A DNA stretch of 64,000 nucleotides from Spirochaetia bacterium (GTDB lineage: Bacteria; Spirochaetota; Spirochaetia; DSM-2461), in assembly GCA_963668315.1 (NCBI GenBank), contig OY764216.1, forward strand, positions 4,384,001 through 4,448,000. Direction: 5' to 3'. A program made the position numbers and the translations under genes. Shown piece by piece: positions 49,743-59,625 of the stretch (position 1 is its first letter; each line of letters opens with the position of its first letter). Below the pieces are notes generated by a model that saw only the letters and a list, made by a program, of their open reading frames with translations, was not told the origin of the DNA and did no database searches.

Positions 49743-51542
49743 ATGGAAGAAAAACTGACTCTCCGGGACGCAGCCCGGAAACTGGGAGTATCACCCGCCA
49801 CCGTTCAGAACTGGTGCCGTACGGGTCTTCTACCCTCCCTGACAGACAGGAGTGTATCTGATTTTCTCAATGATAGGAATAGGGAACCCCGCCTTACCAG
49901 CCGGGCGAACAAAAGCCGGTCCCGAAGGGCCTTTTCTCCATCGGAATACGGGTCGGGCGATCTGAAATCCATACCGGCCTTCGTAAGGCAGCAGAAATGG
50001 ACCTCAGAGGAAGCCCTCTACTACGCCTTTGAAGACCTCACCGGACGGTACGGGACTCCTCCCCGGAATCCCTTCTTCTCCCGGGAGATGGACGCCTGGA
50101 AAGAAAAGATAGCCCCGGCGGAAAAGAGCGGGCGTCCCCCCTATCCGGAGGCCATTCTTTCGGTGGAAGACTTTCCCGGCTGGCTCTACCAGACTCTTCA
50201 GAAAGAAGGGATAAAGTCGGCCAACGGCTCCTACTACACCGCCCCCGATCTGGTGGAGGACCTCCTGGGACACGTCCTGAGCGGCAAAGAGGGGGAAACG
50301 TTTTTCGATCCCTGCTGCGGTACGGGGGGCTTTCTCCTTCCCGCCGCCCGTTTCCTGGGCGATCCGGAGAGGGTCTGCGGCCAGGACAGGGATCCCCTGG
50401 CCGTCCGTCTGGCCCGCCTTAACCTGATGAGGCTTTTTCCTGAGCGTTCCTTCGATCCCTCGGTCTATCGGGGCGATTCGCTCCTCCGTCCCCACCGCCT
50501 CCTCAGGGAGAGGACCTTCAGCGCCATCGCCACCAATCCCCCCTGGGGCTCCCGTTTTTCCCCCGAGCAGAAAGCCCTCCTTCTTTCAAAGTACGCTTTG
50601 AGCTCGGGGGAATCGGCCTCCCTTTTCATTCTGGCTTCGCTGGACTGGCTGTCTCCCGGAGGCAGGGCCTGCCTTCTCCTTCCCGAAAGCCTCCTCCACC
50701 GGCAGCGTCACAGGGATATCAGAGACAGGATAGGAGAGAAGACGGAGAGAATCGACTGGTACGGCCACAGATTCACCCGTGTGCAGTCTGAATGCTTCGC
50801 CCTGACCCTTAACGGCAGTGCCCCGGGGAAAAGCCGTCTGACCATACGGACCGGAGAGAAGGAGTACGAACGGGAAAAATCCTCCTTCGCCGGCCGGCCT
50901 TTCCATCTGTGGGACATCTTCACCTCCCCCGAAGACGGGGAGATATTCGGAAAGTTATTCCAAAGGGAACACCGCCTCCTCGGGGAGGGGGCCCGATGGG
51001 GCCTGGGAATCGTCACCGGAAACAACGGGGAAAGACTTCTGCCTGATTCCGGGGGCCGCCCCATACTGAGCGGACGGAATATCTCCCCCTTCAACATAGG
51101 GGAACCGGAGCTCTTTATCGATTATGACGACGTACGGCTCCATCAGAAAGCACCCCGGGAGCTCTATGACAGCCGGAAGATCGTTTACCGTTTCATCGCC
51201 TCCCGCCCCGTGGCCGCCTGGGACGACCGGGGCTGTCTGACCCTCAACTCGGTAAATTTTCTGATCCCCGGCGATGAGATCGATCCGGTCATAGCCGTTC
51301 TTCTTCTGAATTCAGACCTGTACGGAGAGTATTTCGAAAAAACCTTCCATACCCTGAAAATCCTTCGGGGCCAGCTGGAGACCCTGCCCGTCCCCCTGCT
51401 GACCCTTCGGGAGGAGGAAGAGTTGAAAGCCCTCTATCCCCGCATCAGGGAAAATTATCCCCGGAATAGAGAAAAATTGAACCGTCTGACCGCCTCGCTG
51501 TTCGGATTGACGGAAAAGGAGAGACAGCACATTGAAGGATAA
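49743..51542 (+). CDS. N6-adenine DNA methyltransferase (gamma/TaqI-like) with N-terminal HTH
   Basis: LTLRDAARKLGVSPATVQNW; GSYYT; FDPCCGTGGFL; NPPW; TaqI-C-like KIVYRFI..TLNSVN. Confidence 0.87.
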   Translation: MEEKLTLRDAARKLGVSPATVQNWCRTGLLPSLTDRSVSDFLNDRNREPRLTSRANKSRSRRAFSPSEYGSGDLKSIPAFVRQQKWTSEEALYYAFEDLTGRYGTPPRNPFFSREMDAWKEKIAPAEKSGRPPYPEAILSVEDFPGWLYQTLQKEGIKSANGSYYTAPDLVEDLLGHVLSGKEGETFFDPCCGTGGFLLPAARFLGDPERVCGQDRDPLAVRLARLNLMRLFPERSFDPSVYRGDSLLRPHRLLRERTFSAIATNPPWGSRFSPEQKALLLSKYALSSGESASLFILASLDWLSPGGRACLLLPESLLHRQRHRDIRDRIGEKTERIDWYGHRFTRVQSECFALTLNGSAPGKSRLTIRTGEKEYEREKSSFAGRPFHLWDIFTSPEDGEIFGKLFQREHRLLGEGARWGLGIVTGNNGERLLPDSGGRPILSGRNISPFNIGEPELFIDYDDVRLHQKAPRELYDSRKIVYRFIASRPVAAWDDRGCLTLNSVNFLIPGDEIDPVIAVLLLNSDLYGEYFEKTFHTLKILRGQLETLPVPLLTLREEEELKALYPRIRENYPRNREKLNRLTASLFGLTEKERQHIEG

Positions 51543-52041
51543 AATCAGACTCATCGTCTTTTTGGGAAACAAGGGAAAGCAATACGAGAAAACCCGCCAT
51601 AACGTGGCCTGGCGGATCGCCGACGACCGTCCCCGCAGCTGGCAGGGCAAATTCAACGGGCTCTGGTGCAAAGAGGGAATCGGAGCCGATCAGCTGATAC
51701 TCCTGAAGCCGCAGACCATGATGAACCTGTCCGGGGATTCGGTGAGAAAGGCCGTGGACTTTTTCAAACTGAAGCCCGATGAGATCCTTGTGGTCCATGA
51801 CGAGCTGGAGCTGCCCTTCGGCGATGTCCAGGCCCGTTTCGGGGGAGGACTGGCCGGACACAACGGCCTCCGGTCCATAAAACAGCAGCTGGGAACGGCC
51901 GACTTTCACCGGCTGCGCGTGGGCATAGGGCGCCCTCCCCACGGCGATGTGAGCCGCTGGGTGCTCTCGCCCTTCTCCCCTTCGGAAGAGGGGGAGATGG
52001 AAGATGTGATTGCAAAAGCGGAGAGGGAGCTTTTCAGCTGA
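51532..52041 (+). CDS. pth: Peptidyl-tRNA hydrolase
   Basis: LGNKGKQYEKTRHN, KPQTMMNLSG, HDELELP, GHNGLRS, RLRVGIGRP. Confidence 0.95.
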   Translation: MKDKIRLIVFLGNKGKQYEKTRHNVAWRIADDRPRSWQGKFNGLWCKEGIGADQLILLKPQTMMNLSGDSVRKAVDFFKLKPDEILVVHDELELPFGDVQARFGGGLAGHNGLRSIKQQLGTADFHRLRVGIGRPPHGDVSRWVLSPFSPSEEGEMEDVIAKAERELFS

Positions 52042-52786
52042 GCTTCGACTCGACCTCTTCCAGAAGCTTATCCACCTGATCACGCGGCATGGTGCTCAGG
52101 TAGGAAAAGTTCTTGCCCGCCGCCCGGATAAGCATATCCTTGGCCTGGGCCCACTCTTCATGGTGGCAGTGGATAAGAGCCCGGTTGTAATAGGCGTCGG
52201 GGAAACGGGGCAGGTCGGGAAGAAGGGCTTCATAGACCTCCAGGGCCTTGTCCCACTCTCCCCTTCTGACATAGGTGGCACCCAGATTGTCCCGGATGAC
52301 CGCTTCCGAAGGATCGTAGTCCAGGGCTTCGAGATTCACTTCCAGAGCCCTGTCCAGATCGCCCTTTTCCAGGAGGAAGTAACCCAGGTTTCCGTAAAGG
52401 ATGCCCGTTCGGTACCCTTCGGCCAGAAGTCCCTCCAGACTCTCAATCGCCTCATCCAGCTCTCCCCTCTTCCACTGAATCAGGGAGTAATAGACCCGGG
52501 CCTTGCTGGGGTTGAATTTCTTGGCGGTGAAAGTCCTCAGGGGAGAGATGATGCTCTCCGCCTTTTCAGGACAGCCTTCCTTCAAAAGCACATAGGCGCA
52601 TGTCAGTTTCTGTTGGGGCCCCATGGGAAATTTCAAAGCCCGCTCCACGCCTTTGACGCCCTTGGCCTTATCTCCCTTGCTGTAGGCTTTTAAAGCCGGA
52701 ATCATCAGAAGGGTCCCGAAATTTTTCAAAACCCCGTACAAGATCAATAGACCGATTAAAAGAAGTATCAGCTGTCCAAAACTCAT
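52034..52786 (-). CDS. Membrane-anchored TPR protein
   Basis: Start MSFGQLI after GGAG; TM; TPRs. Confidence 0.8.
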   Translation of the reverse strand: MSFGQLILLLIGLLILYGVLKNFGTLLMIPALKAYSKGDKAKGVKGVERALKFPMGPQQKLTCAYVLLKEGCPEKAESIISPLRTFTAKKFNPSKARVYYSLIQWKRGELDEAIESLEGLLAEGYRTGILYGNLGYFLLEKGDLDRALEVNLEALDYDPSEAVIRDNLGATYVRRGEWDKALEVYEALLPDLPRFPDAYYNRALIHCHHEEWAQAKDMLIRAAGKNFSYLSTMPRDQVDKLLEEVESKLS

Positions 52787-52794
52787 ATTATTCC

Positions 52795-54078
52795 CTACTC
52801 CCAGTATTTCTCCATACGGTCCCTGAGCTCTTTCCGGTAGGCATCCCAGTCGGTGATGGGCTCTTTGGCCAGTCCCTCTTCGCAGGCGGCTTTGGCCACG
52901 GCCAGGGCCTCCCACTCGATGACCCGGGGATCGAAGGGTTTAGGTACAATATACCCGGGACCGAAGGAAAAGTCAGCACCGCCGTAAGCTTTTTTCACCG
53001 TCTCGGGTACGGGCTCCTTGGCCAGAGAGGCCAGGGCTGTGGCGGCGGCCATCTTCATCCCCTCCGAAATGGACGTGGCTCTGACATCCAGGGCGCCGCG
53101 GAAGATAAAGGGAAATCCCAGGACATTGTTGATCTGGTTGGGGAAATCGCTCCGACCGGTGGCCATGATCACGTCGGGCCGCGCCTCAAGGGCGAGCTCG
53201 GGACGGATTTCCGGGTCCGGGTTGGCCATGGCGAAAACGATGGGATTCTCCGCCATGGTCTTGATCATTTCCTGGCTCATCACATTGGCGGCGGAAAGGC
53301 CGACGAAACAGTCCGCGCCGACAAGGGCATCGGCCAGAGTCTTCAATTCCGTATCCCGGGCGAACTCCACCTTCTCGGCTCCCAGCTTGTCCCGGTCTTT
53401 CCTTATGATGCCCTCCCGGTCGCACATGAACAGGTTCTCCCTCTTCACGCCGGCGGCCAGAAACATCTTGGCGCAGGAGATCCCCGCCGCTCCGGCTCCG
53501 TTGAAAACGACCTTCATCGTCTCCAGAGGCTTGCCGACGACCTCGGCCGCATTGATGATACCGGCCGTACAGATAATGGCCGTCCCGTGCTGGTCGTCAT
53601 GAAAAATGGGAATATCGCACATTTTCTTGAGAGTCTGCTCGATTTCGAAACACTCGGGGGCCTTGATATCCTCCAGGTTCACCCCTCCGAAGGTGGGCTC
53701 CATCATCTTGACCGCCTCGATAATCTTCTTGGGATCCGACTCATCCAGCTCGATATCAAACACATCGATATCGGCGAACCTCTTGAAAAGGACCCCCTTG
53801 CCCTCCATAACCGGCTTGCTGGCCAGGGCCCCCCGGTTTCCAAGCCCCAGAATGGCCGAACCGTTGGAAATGACCGCCACCAGATTCCCCTTGGCCGTGT
53901 AGCGGTAGGCATCCTCGGCATTATCGGCGATCTCCAGGACCGGTTTCGCCACGCCCGGCGTATAGGCCAGGGAGAGATCGTCCGCCGTCTGGCAGGACTT
54001 GGTGGGAACCACCTCTATTTTACCGGGCTTACCGTTCAGGCAGTGGTAGGCCAGAGCTTTCTCTTTCAATTCATCCAT
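52795..54078 (-). CDS. NAD(P)-dependent malic enzyme, without PTA domain
   Basis: LSLAYTPGV, KPVMEGK, NLEDI, HDDQHGTA, GAGAAG, NQINNVLGFP. Start at MDELKEK. Confidence 0.93.
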   Translation of the reverse strand: MDELKEKALAYHCLNGKPGKIEVVPTKSCQTADDLSLAYTPGVAKPVLEIADNAEDAYRYTAKGNLVAVISNGSAILGLGNRGALASKPVMEGKGVLFKRFADIDVFDIELDESDPKKIIEAVKMMEPTFGGVNLEDIKAPECFEIEQTLKKMCDIPIFHDDQHGTAIICTAGIINAAEVVGKPLETMKVVFNGAGAAGISCAKMFLAAGVKRENLFMCDREGIIRKDRDKLGAEKVEFARDTELKTLADALVGADCFVGLSAANVMSQEMIKTMAENPIVFAMANPDPEIRPELALEARPDVIMATGRSDFPNQINNVLGFPFIFRGALDVRATSISEGMKMAAATALASLAKEPVPETVKKAYGGADFSFGPGYIVPKPFDPRVIEWEALAVAKAACEEGLAKEPITDWDAYRKELRDRMEKYWE

Positions 54079-54152
54079 TATTCTATTTCCTTGTCTATCA
54101 ATGATTTCGCGGATCATCTCACAGATGCCGCTGATTTTATTTCTCTCATCTC

Positions 54153-54266
54153 GGGCGGCCCCTCCGGGCCGGGCTTTCCGCTGCAATGGGCTTATCTCCC
54201 GCGCTTATCCGGCTCTGACACCGCCGCCGGGCTCGGGAGGCCCATTTCCACTTCTATCCCTTCCGC
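54153..54266 (+). ncRNA. Flavo-1-like structured RNA / palindromic repeat, copy 2
   Basis: GGGCGGCCCCTCCGGGCCGGGCTTTCCGCT, then long hairpin AATGGGC...GCCCATT, then CCACTTCTATCCCTTCCGC. Confidence 0.6.
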
Positions 54267-54336
54267 AAAGTACGTGAGTACCGAGCATTCGATTCAACGC
54301 AGGAGCGGCGGGAAAAGCGAATCTCTGCGGAAAATT

Positions 54337-55473
54337 TTAGTCCCAGGAGAGATCGTAGCCCAGCTTATATGTTGCGTTCAGCTCGGTCATGACCTTCTGA
54401 AGGGCTACCGGTACGGGGCAGCCGTGTTCCATGCGGTACTTGCGTGCCAGATGCTCCTTCTCGCCGGCGGTGAAAATTCTCTCTTCCCCGGGAGCCACTT
54501 CCGAAGCCCGAAGATCGCGCATAATGTTTCCGGCCACTTTCCTGAACACGTCCTGGCCCATGAAATTTTCCGTATTGATGGCCAGGAAGAAGTGGCCCAG
54601 GGGATAGGGGATCCGTTTTCCCTCTTCGTCGAATCCGTTCAGGGACTTCAGAAAGGCACCGTCCTGCAGGGCGGCGGAAAGTACTTCCACCACGGTGGCG
54701 TAGCCGAATCCCTTGTATCCGGCGGTCATCTCGCCCAGTCCGCCCAGAGGGGCCAGAGCGGCCTTACCCTGGGTCAGGTCCACAAGGATCTGATCCGTAT
54801 CGGTACGGGTATTGCCCGTTCTGTCGATAACCCAGCCCGGGGGCAGTTCCTTCCCCGCCCGGCTGTACAGCTCTATCTTTCCCCGCTGGGAAACGCTGGT
54901 GGCGCAGTCCAGGATAAAATCGAACTCCTCGTCGGTGGGAAGACCGATGGTCAGGGGGTTGGTACCCAGCATGTTCTCCACGCCGAAAGTGGGGGCGATG
55001 GAGGGGCGGGCATTGGTTCCGGTCATGCCTATCATGCCCTGGGCCGTGGCCATGGAAGCGTAATATCCGGCGATGCCGTAGTGGGTGGAGTTTCGTACGG
55101 CCACCATACCCATGCCGTGGGCTTTCGCCTTCTCGATAGCCATCTCCATGGCTTTTTTGGATACCACATGGCCCATGCCGTTATTTCCGTCCAGAACCGC
55201 AGTGGTTTCGGTCTCCTTGACAATGTCGATTTTCGTTGTGGGATTGAGGATGCCCCAGTTGATTCTATCAATATAGATGGGTTTGAGCCTGCCGATACCA
55301 TGGGAATCGATGCCTCTCTTGTCCGATTCGATCAACACGTGGCCGATGATCTCCGCGTCCGCCGCCGGAACGCCGTTAGCGATAAGGGCATCCTTCATAA
55401 ACTTTTCCAGGAAGGGAAAATCTATCCATTCGCAATTCTTGTAACTGTCTCCGTAACTTTCGTACCAACCCAT
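54337..55473 (-). CDS. Ldh_2 family (malate/L-lactate/sulfolactate) dehydrogenase
   Basis: RGIDSHGIGRL, NSTHYG, GTNP, DCATS, YKGFG. Confidence 0.9.
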   Translation of the reverse strand: MGWYESYGDSYKNCEWIDFPFLEKFMKDALIANGVPAADAEIIGHVLIESDKRGIDSHGIGRLKPIYIDRINWGILNPTTKIDIVKETETTAVLDGNNGMGHVVSKKAMEMAIEKAKAHGMGMVAVRNSTHYGIAGYYASMATAQGMIGMTGTNARPSIAPTFGVENMLGTNPLTIGLPTDEEFDFILDCATSVSQRGKIELYSRAGKELPPGWVIDRTGNTRTDTDQILVDLTQGKAALAPLGGLGEMTAGYKGFGYATVVEVLSAALQDGAFLKSLNGFDEEGKRIPYPLGHFFLAINTENFMGQDVFRKVAGNIMRDLRASEVAPGEERIFTAGEKEHLARKYRMEHGCPVPVALQKVMTELNATYKLGYDLSWD

Positions 55474-55490
55474 GGGGTCCTCCTCTCTAT

Positions 55491-56267
55491 TTAAACCGTT
55501 TCTATTTTGAGACCGGTCTTTTCAAAACTTTCTTTCAGGGACTCATCCAGAGCCCTGTCGGTGATGACCAGATTCACCTGATCCAGCTCCACCGTCTTAA
55601 AATGGGAAATCCGCCCGAACTTCGTGCTGTCCGCCGCGACAATGACGTCTCCCTGACACTGCTCCACCATGGCCCGGGTCACCTCCGCCTCCTGGGAGAC
55701 CGGAGAGGTGAGACCATTTTCCAGAGAGAGCCCGTCCGTTCCGATAATCACCCTGTCCACGAATACACGGCGGATGAATTTCAGGGTATCCTCCCCCACC
55801 AGGCACTGGGAGGGATAGCGGTAGTAGCCCCCGGGAATGATAACTTCCGGGCCTTCGCTGCTGGGAAGGACCTGCAGAACAGCCATGTTGTTGGTGATGA
55901 TGCGCAGATCCTTTCTTCCCGAAAGAGCGGCGGCCACATAGCGGGTGGTGGTGCCGGAGTTGATGAAAATGGTTTCCCCCGGCTGGACAAGGCGGGCGAC
56001 CTGGGATGCGATGGCATCCTTCTCTTCCTGTCGGGACTTTCCCTTCTCTTCATAGAAGGACTCCCTGTAAAGGAAATTCCGAGCCCTGGCGCCTCCGTGG
56101 GATCTTTCCAGAACGCCCTTCTTCTCCAGAAGGTCCAGATCCCGTCGTATGGTAATAGGGGAAACATCCAGAAGGCGGCTCAATTCGTCCACCTGGGCGA
56201 AACCCTCTTTTCTGAGATATTCTTCTAAAACCGCCTGTCTCTCGGCGGGAATCATACTGCTTCCCAT
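55491..56267 (-). CDS. DeoR/GlpR family regulator
   Basis: VSPITIRRDL, RSHGGA, NSGTTT, DSTKFG. Confidence 0.93.
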   Translation of the reverse strand: MGSSMIPAERQAVLEEYLRKEGFAQVDELSRLLDVSPITIRRDLDLLEKKGVLERSHGGARARNFLYRESFYEEKGKSRQEEKDAIASQVARLVQPGETIFINSGTTTRYVAAALSGRKDLRIITNNMAVLQVLPSSEGPEVIIPGGYYRYPSQCLVGEDTLKFIRRVFVDRVIIGTDGLSLENGLTSPVSQEAEVTRAMVEQCQGDVIVAADSTKFGRISHFKTVELDQVNLVITDRALDESLKESFEKTGLKIETV

Positions 56268-56270
56268 ATG

Positions 56271-56335
56271 ATCAAATCATATCACCCAATACGATCAGAG
56301 TCAATCATATATGATCATTTAACATCAGGAAATCA
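56271..56335 (-). promoter_or_regulatory. Sigma70 promoter with phased ATCA repeats (putative DeoR operator)
   Basis: TTGACT (56299-56304), 17 bp, TATGAT (56276-56281). ATCA occurs at 56294, 56304, 56314 and 56324. Confidence 0.6.
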
Positions 56336-56458
56336 CAATATCCCTGGGAAAATCAAAGGCCTGTTAATTTAAATGATCTTATTTAACCGAATATAAACAA
56401 AAAAAACAGGATTTTATCTTTTCACAAAGGGCAGAAAAATCTTGAGAATTCAGGAAAT

Positions 56459-56863
56459 TTGGACTATCATATTTTCATGAGCCCCTTAAAGAAGCTTCAA
56501 AATGTCCGGCAGCGGCCGGAAGAAGGATTCCGTCTCTGGTTTGCCAATGAATATTTTGATGTCATCATATGGTATGAAGAGGAAGGGGGCTATATGAAGG
56601 GATTCCAGTTCTGCTACGGGAAACCGCACAGCGAAAGAGCCTTTACCTGGGAAGTGGATTCCCAGAGCCACCATTATGTGAAGGAAGCCCGCTCACAGGG
56701 AACGGGAATACTCAGAGGCGACGCGGGGGCTCTCAGCCTGAATGCTTTGAAACAGCTGCAGGCATTTCGGGGAGAACTGCCCGTCCCCCTCATGAATTTT
56801 ATCATTAAAAAGTTACTGGCGGCCAGGCAGGGCCAGGAAGAAGCCGCCCGGGCCTCTTCCTGA
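56459..56863 (+). CDS. Hypothetical protein
   Basis: Fills the intergenic gap; aromatic-rich sequence (WFANEYFDVIIWY, GFQFCYGK). May start at ATG 56477. Confidence 0.6.
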   Translation: MDYHIFMSPLKKLQNVRQRPEEGFRLWFANEYFDVIIWYEEEGGYMKGFQFCYGKPHSERAFTWEVDSQSHHYVKEARSQGTGILRGDAGALSLNALKQLQAFRGELPVPLMNFIIKKLLAARQGQEEAARASS

Positions 56864-56867
56864 AGCG

Positions 56868-58355
56868 TCACTCCCAGTCAAGGCAGCGCTCGACCGCATG
56901 CTTCCATCCCTCATAAAGATCCGCTCTTCTCGTCTCTTCCATGACCGGAATGAAGCGGTGGTCCTCCTCCCAGATATCCCTGAGAACATCGACGGAGGGC
57001 CAGAACCCCACGGCCAGACCGGCCAGGTAGGCCGCTCCCAGAGCGGTTGTCTCAATCGACGCGGGGCGGACCACTTCGGAATTGAGAATATCCGCCTGGA
57101 ACTGCATCATGATATTGCTCCGGGAAGCCCCGCCGTCCACCTTCAGGGTCCGCAGGGATAGACCGGAATCCTTCTCCATGACTTCCAGAATATCGCGGCT
57201 TCTGTAGGCAATGGACTCCAGAGCGGCGCGGCAGATATGGGCCTTGTTCGCGCTGCGTGTCAGGCCCACCACTCCGGCCCGGGCCATCATGTCCCAATAG
57301 GGGGAGCCCATTCCCTGAAAGGCCGACACCAGGTATACCCCCTGGGTATCCTCCACCGTCTCGGCCAGCCTGTCGCATTCCGGAGCGGAAGAGATAATGC
57401 CCAGGTTGTCCCGAAGCCACTGAATGGTCGCCCCCGCCATGAAAATGCTCCCCTCCAGAGCGTAGGTGATTTTGCCGTCAATGCCCCAGGCGATCGTGGT
57501 CAGAAGGCCGTTCTCCGAGACCACCGGCTTCTCCCCCGTATTCATCAGCATGAAGCAGCCGGTCCCGTAGGTATTTTTCACGCAGCCCTCGGTCAGGCAC
57601 ATCTGCCCGAAAAGGGCGGCCTGCTGGTCCCCCGCCACGCCGGCGATGGGGATTTCCGCCCCCACCACATCTTTATCGGTCATGCCGAGAATTTCGCTGC
57701 AGCCCTTGACCTCGGGCATCACCGAACGGGGCACGCCCATGATCTTGAGAAGCTCATCGTCCCAGTCCAGGGTGTGGATGTTGAAAAGCAGGGTACGGCA
57801 GGCATTGGAGTAATCGGTCACGTGGACCTTTCCGCCGGTGAGATTCCAGATAAGCCAGGTATCCACGGTACCGAAGCAGAGTTCTCCCCTCTCGGCCCTC
57901 TCCCGGACGCCTCCCACATTATCGAGCATCCAGCGGATCTTGCTCCCGGAAAAATAGGCGTCAATCTTAAGTCCCGTCTTTTCCCGAATGACCGCCTCAT
58001 AGCCCTTCTCCTTGAGCCCGTTGCAGAACTCGGCCGTTCGGCGGCACTGCCAGACGATGGCGTTGTAAACAGGCTCCCCCGTCTTCCGGTCCCAGAGAAG
58101 GGTGGTCTCCCTCTGGTTGGTGATGCCGAAAGCGGCTACCTTCTCCCAGTCGACCTTCTTCTCTTTCACCAGCTCCCGGAGCATGTCCAGCTGACTGTTC
58201 CATATATCGAGGGGATTATGCTCCACCCACTTTTCCCGGGGGTAGATCTGGGGGTACTCCTTCTGGGAAACCCCCTGGATGACTCCCTGTTTATCAACTA
58301 GCACCGCCCGGGAACTGGTAGTTCCCTGATCCAGCGCGATAACATATTCCTTCAT
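56868..58355 (-). CDS. glpK: Glycerol kinase
   Basis: [47 protein letters not shown]. Confidence 0.96.
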   Translation of the reverse strand: MKEYVIALDQGTTSSRAVLVDKQGVIQGVSQKEYPQIYPREKWVEHNPLDIWNSQLDMLRELVKEKKVDWEKVAAFGITNQRETTLLWDRKTGEPVYNAIVWQCRRTAEFCNGLKEKGYEAVIREKTGLKIDAYFSGSKIRWMLDNVGGVRERAERGELCFGTVDTWLIWNLTGGKVHVTDYSNACRTLLFNIHTLDWDDELLKIMGVPRSVMPEVKGCSEILGMTDKDVVGAEIPIAGVAGDQQAALFGQMCLTEGCVKNTYGTGCFMLMNTGEKPVVSENGLLTTIAWGIDGKITYALEGSIFMAGATIQWLRDNLGIISSAPECDRLAETVEDTQGVYLVSAFQGMGSPYWDMMARAGVVGLTRSANKAHICRAALESIAYRSRDILEVMEKDSGLSLRTLKVDGGASRSNIMMQFQADILNSEVVRPASIETTALGAAYLAGLAVGFWPSVDVLRDIWEEDHRFIPVMEETRRADLYEGWKHAVERCLDWE

Positions 58356-58461
58356 AATCGGTACCTCCCAAGTAAGACGCAGCCATTATAAACCGGGTTG
58401 AGAGAATCTGACAAGGAAAAAGTGCAGAATCAATCAGAATCGTTCACTTTCGCCCATATTC

Positions 58462-59097
58462 CTACAGAATGGCCGCTGCCCTCACGGGAGAACCGTCCGC
58501 TCCTGAAATAGGCAGAGGAAACGCCGAGAAGGAAAATCCCGAACGGGGCAGCTGCTCCAGTCCCTGAAGGTTCTCGATGATAACCATTCCGGCGCCGAGC
58601 AGGATCTTATGATTGGGAAGGGCCGGAGCGTCCATGGCATCGGCGGAGATGCAGTCAAAACCGATTCCCTTGAGTCCGAGGGATGCGATGAAACGGGCGG
58701 CTTCCAGAGTCAGGACGGGAAATCTTCCGAAATAGCCGGAGCTGTTCCAGAAACGGCTCCATCCTGTCTGCACGAGCAGATACTCGGCCTGCCGCAGGGT
58801 ACTTTCCAGGGAAAGGACGGTCTGTTCGGTAATGACGCTCCCCTCCCCTCCGGCGGCATTCAGAACGCAAGCGGGTCCCGTAAAGTATCCCAGCGGAAAA
58901 TCATCCAGGCAGCGGCCGTCGGGCAGAAGATGGGAAGGGGCATCCATATGGGTGCCCGTATGGCTGTAAAAGGTGATTTTCTTCTCCCGGAACCCGTCGG
59001 CCTCCAGGGTGCATCCTTCGGCGAATACGGGCTGCTCGGTCCCGGGATAGACAGGCATATTTTCATCAAGGGGGTGGCTCAGATCAATAATGTTCAT
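58462..59097 (-). CDS. Cyclase family metal hydrolase (kynurenine formamidase-like)
   Basis: HTGTHMDAPSH; IIENL; DGSPVRA. Confidence 0.9.
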   Translation of the reverse strand: MNIIDLSHPLDENMPVYPGTEQPVFAEGCTLEADGFREKKITFYSHTGTHMDAPSHLLPDGRCLDDFPLGYFTGPACVLNAAGGEGSVITEQTVLSLESTLRQAEYLLVQTGWSRFWNSSGYFGRFPVLTLEAARFIASLGLKGIGFDCISADAMDAPALPNHKILLGAGMVIIENLQGLEQLPRSGFSFSAFPLPISGADGSPVRAAAIL

Positions 59098-59169
59098 TCT
59101 ATTCCTCCGGAGTAGGTTTTACCAGAACCATAATTTACTCTAAAACCCAAGAAACAGAAACCCCACTTA

Positions 59170-59311
59170 GTGTTCCGAATTACTGACATATCCAGGCAGC
59201 CGCTATATTCCCGATGATAATGAATTGAATTAGCCCTCGAGGATGGCAGTATTTTGATACCCCGCATCCAAATGGAGTAGTTCACTCTTAGATGTCAGTA
59301 ATTCGGAACAT
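59170..59311. mobile_element. About 142-bp MITE-like element
   Basis: Perfect 19-bp IR TGTTCCGAATTACTGACAT (59171-59189 and 59292-59310); TA at 59168-69 and 59312-13. Confidence 0.65.
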
Positions 59312-59625
59312 TATCAGAGGGCCACACCCTATCGCTGCATAGTTCACTAATAACTGTTCACTTTTATCCTATTTCCAAAAAATGATAAGGCTTAATATGT
59401 TTTCACAAAAACGATTATAATTGTAAATTATTGCTAATCCCAACAATTTCAGAAGCGCCGGAAACGGCCCGGCTGGAGGCCATCCCCGGTACGTCCTTCC
59501 CATTGGACACGAGCTATATGAATAAGCGGATAGACTCGGTTGATGCCAATTTCAACCTACTGGGCGTCAATCCCGTTCTGGAACACGGGAACGATTCCAT
59601 CGGCTATTCCTGGACGTTTCCCCTC

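Noticed and set aside
44860..51542. Reading the Mrr-like gene and the methyltransferase as one restriction-modification or defence island
   Set aside because: They are 3.5 kb apart with opposing genes between, the Mrr-like domain lacks catalytic residues, and there is no mobility or compositional signal.
53587..55494. 635-aa + strand ORF
   Set aside because: Spans two real minus-strand genes and the structured repeat; no coherent protein features.
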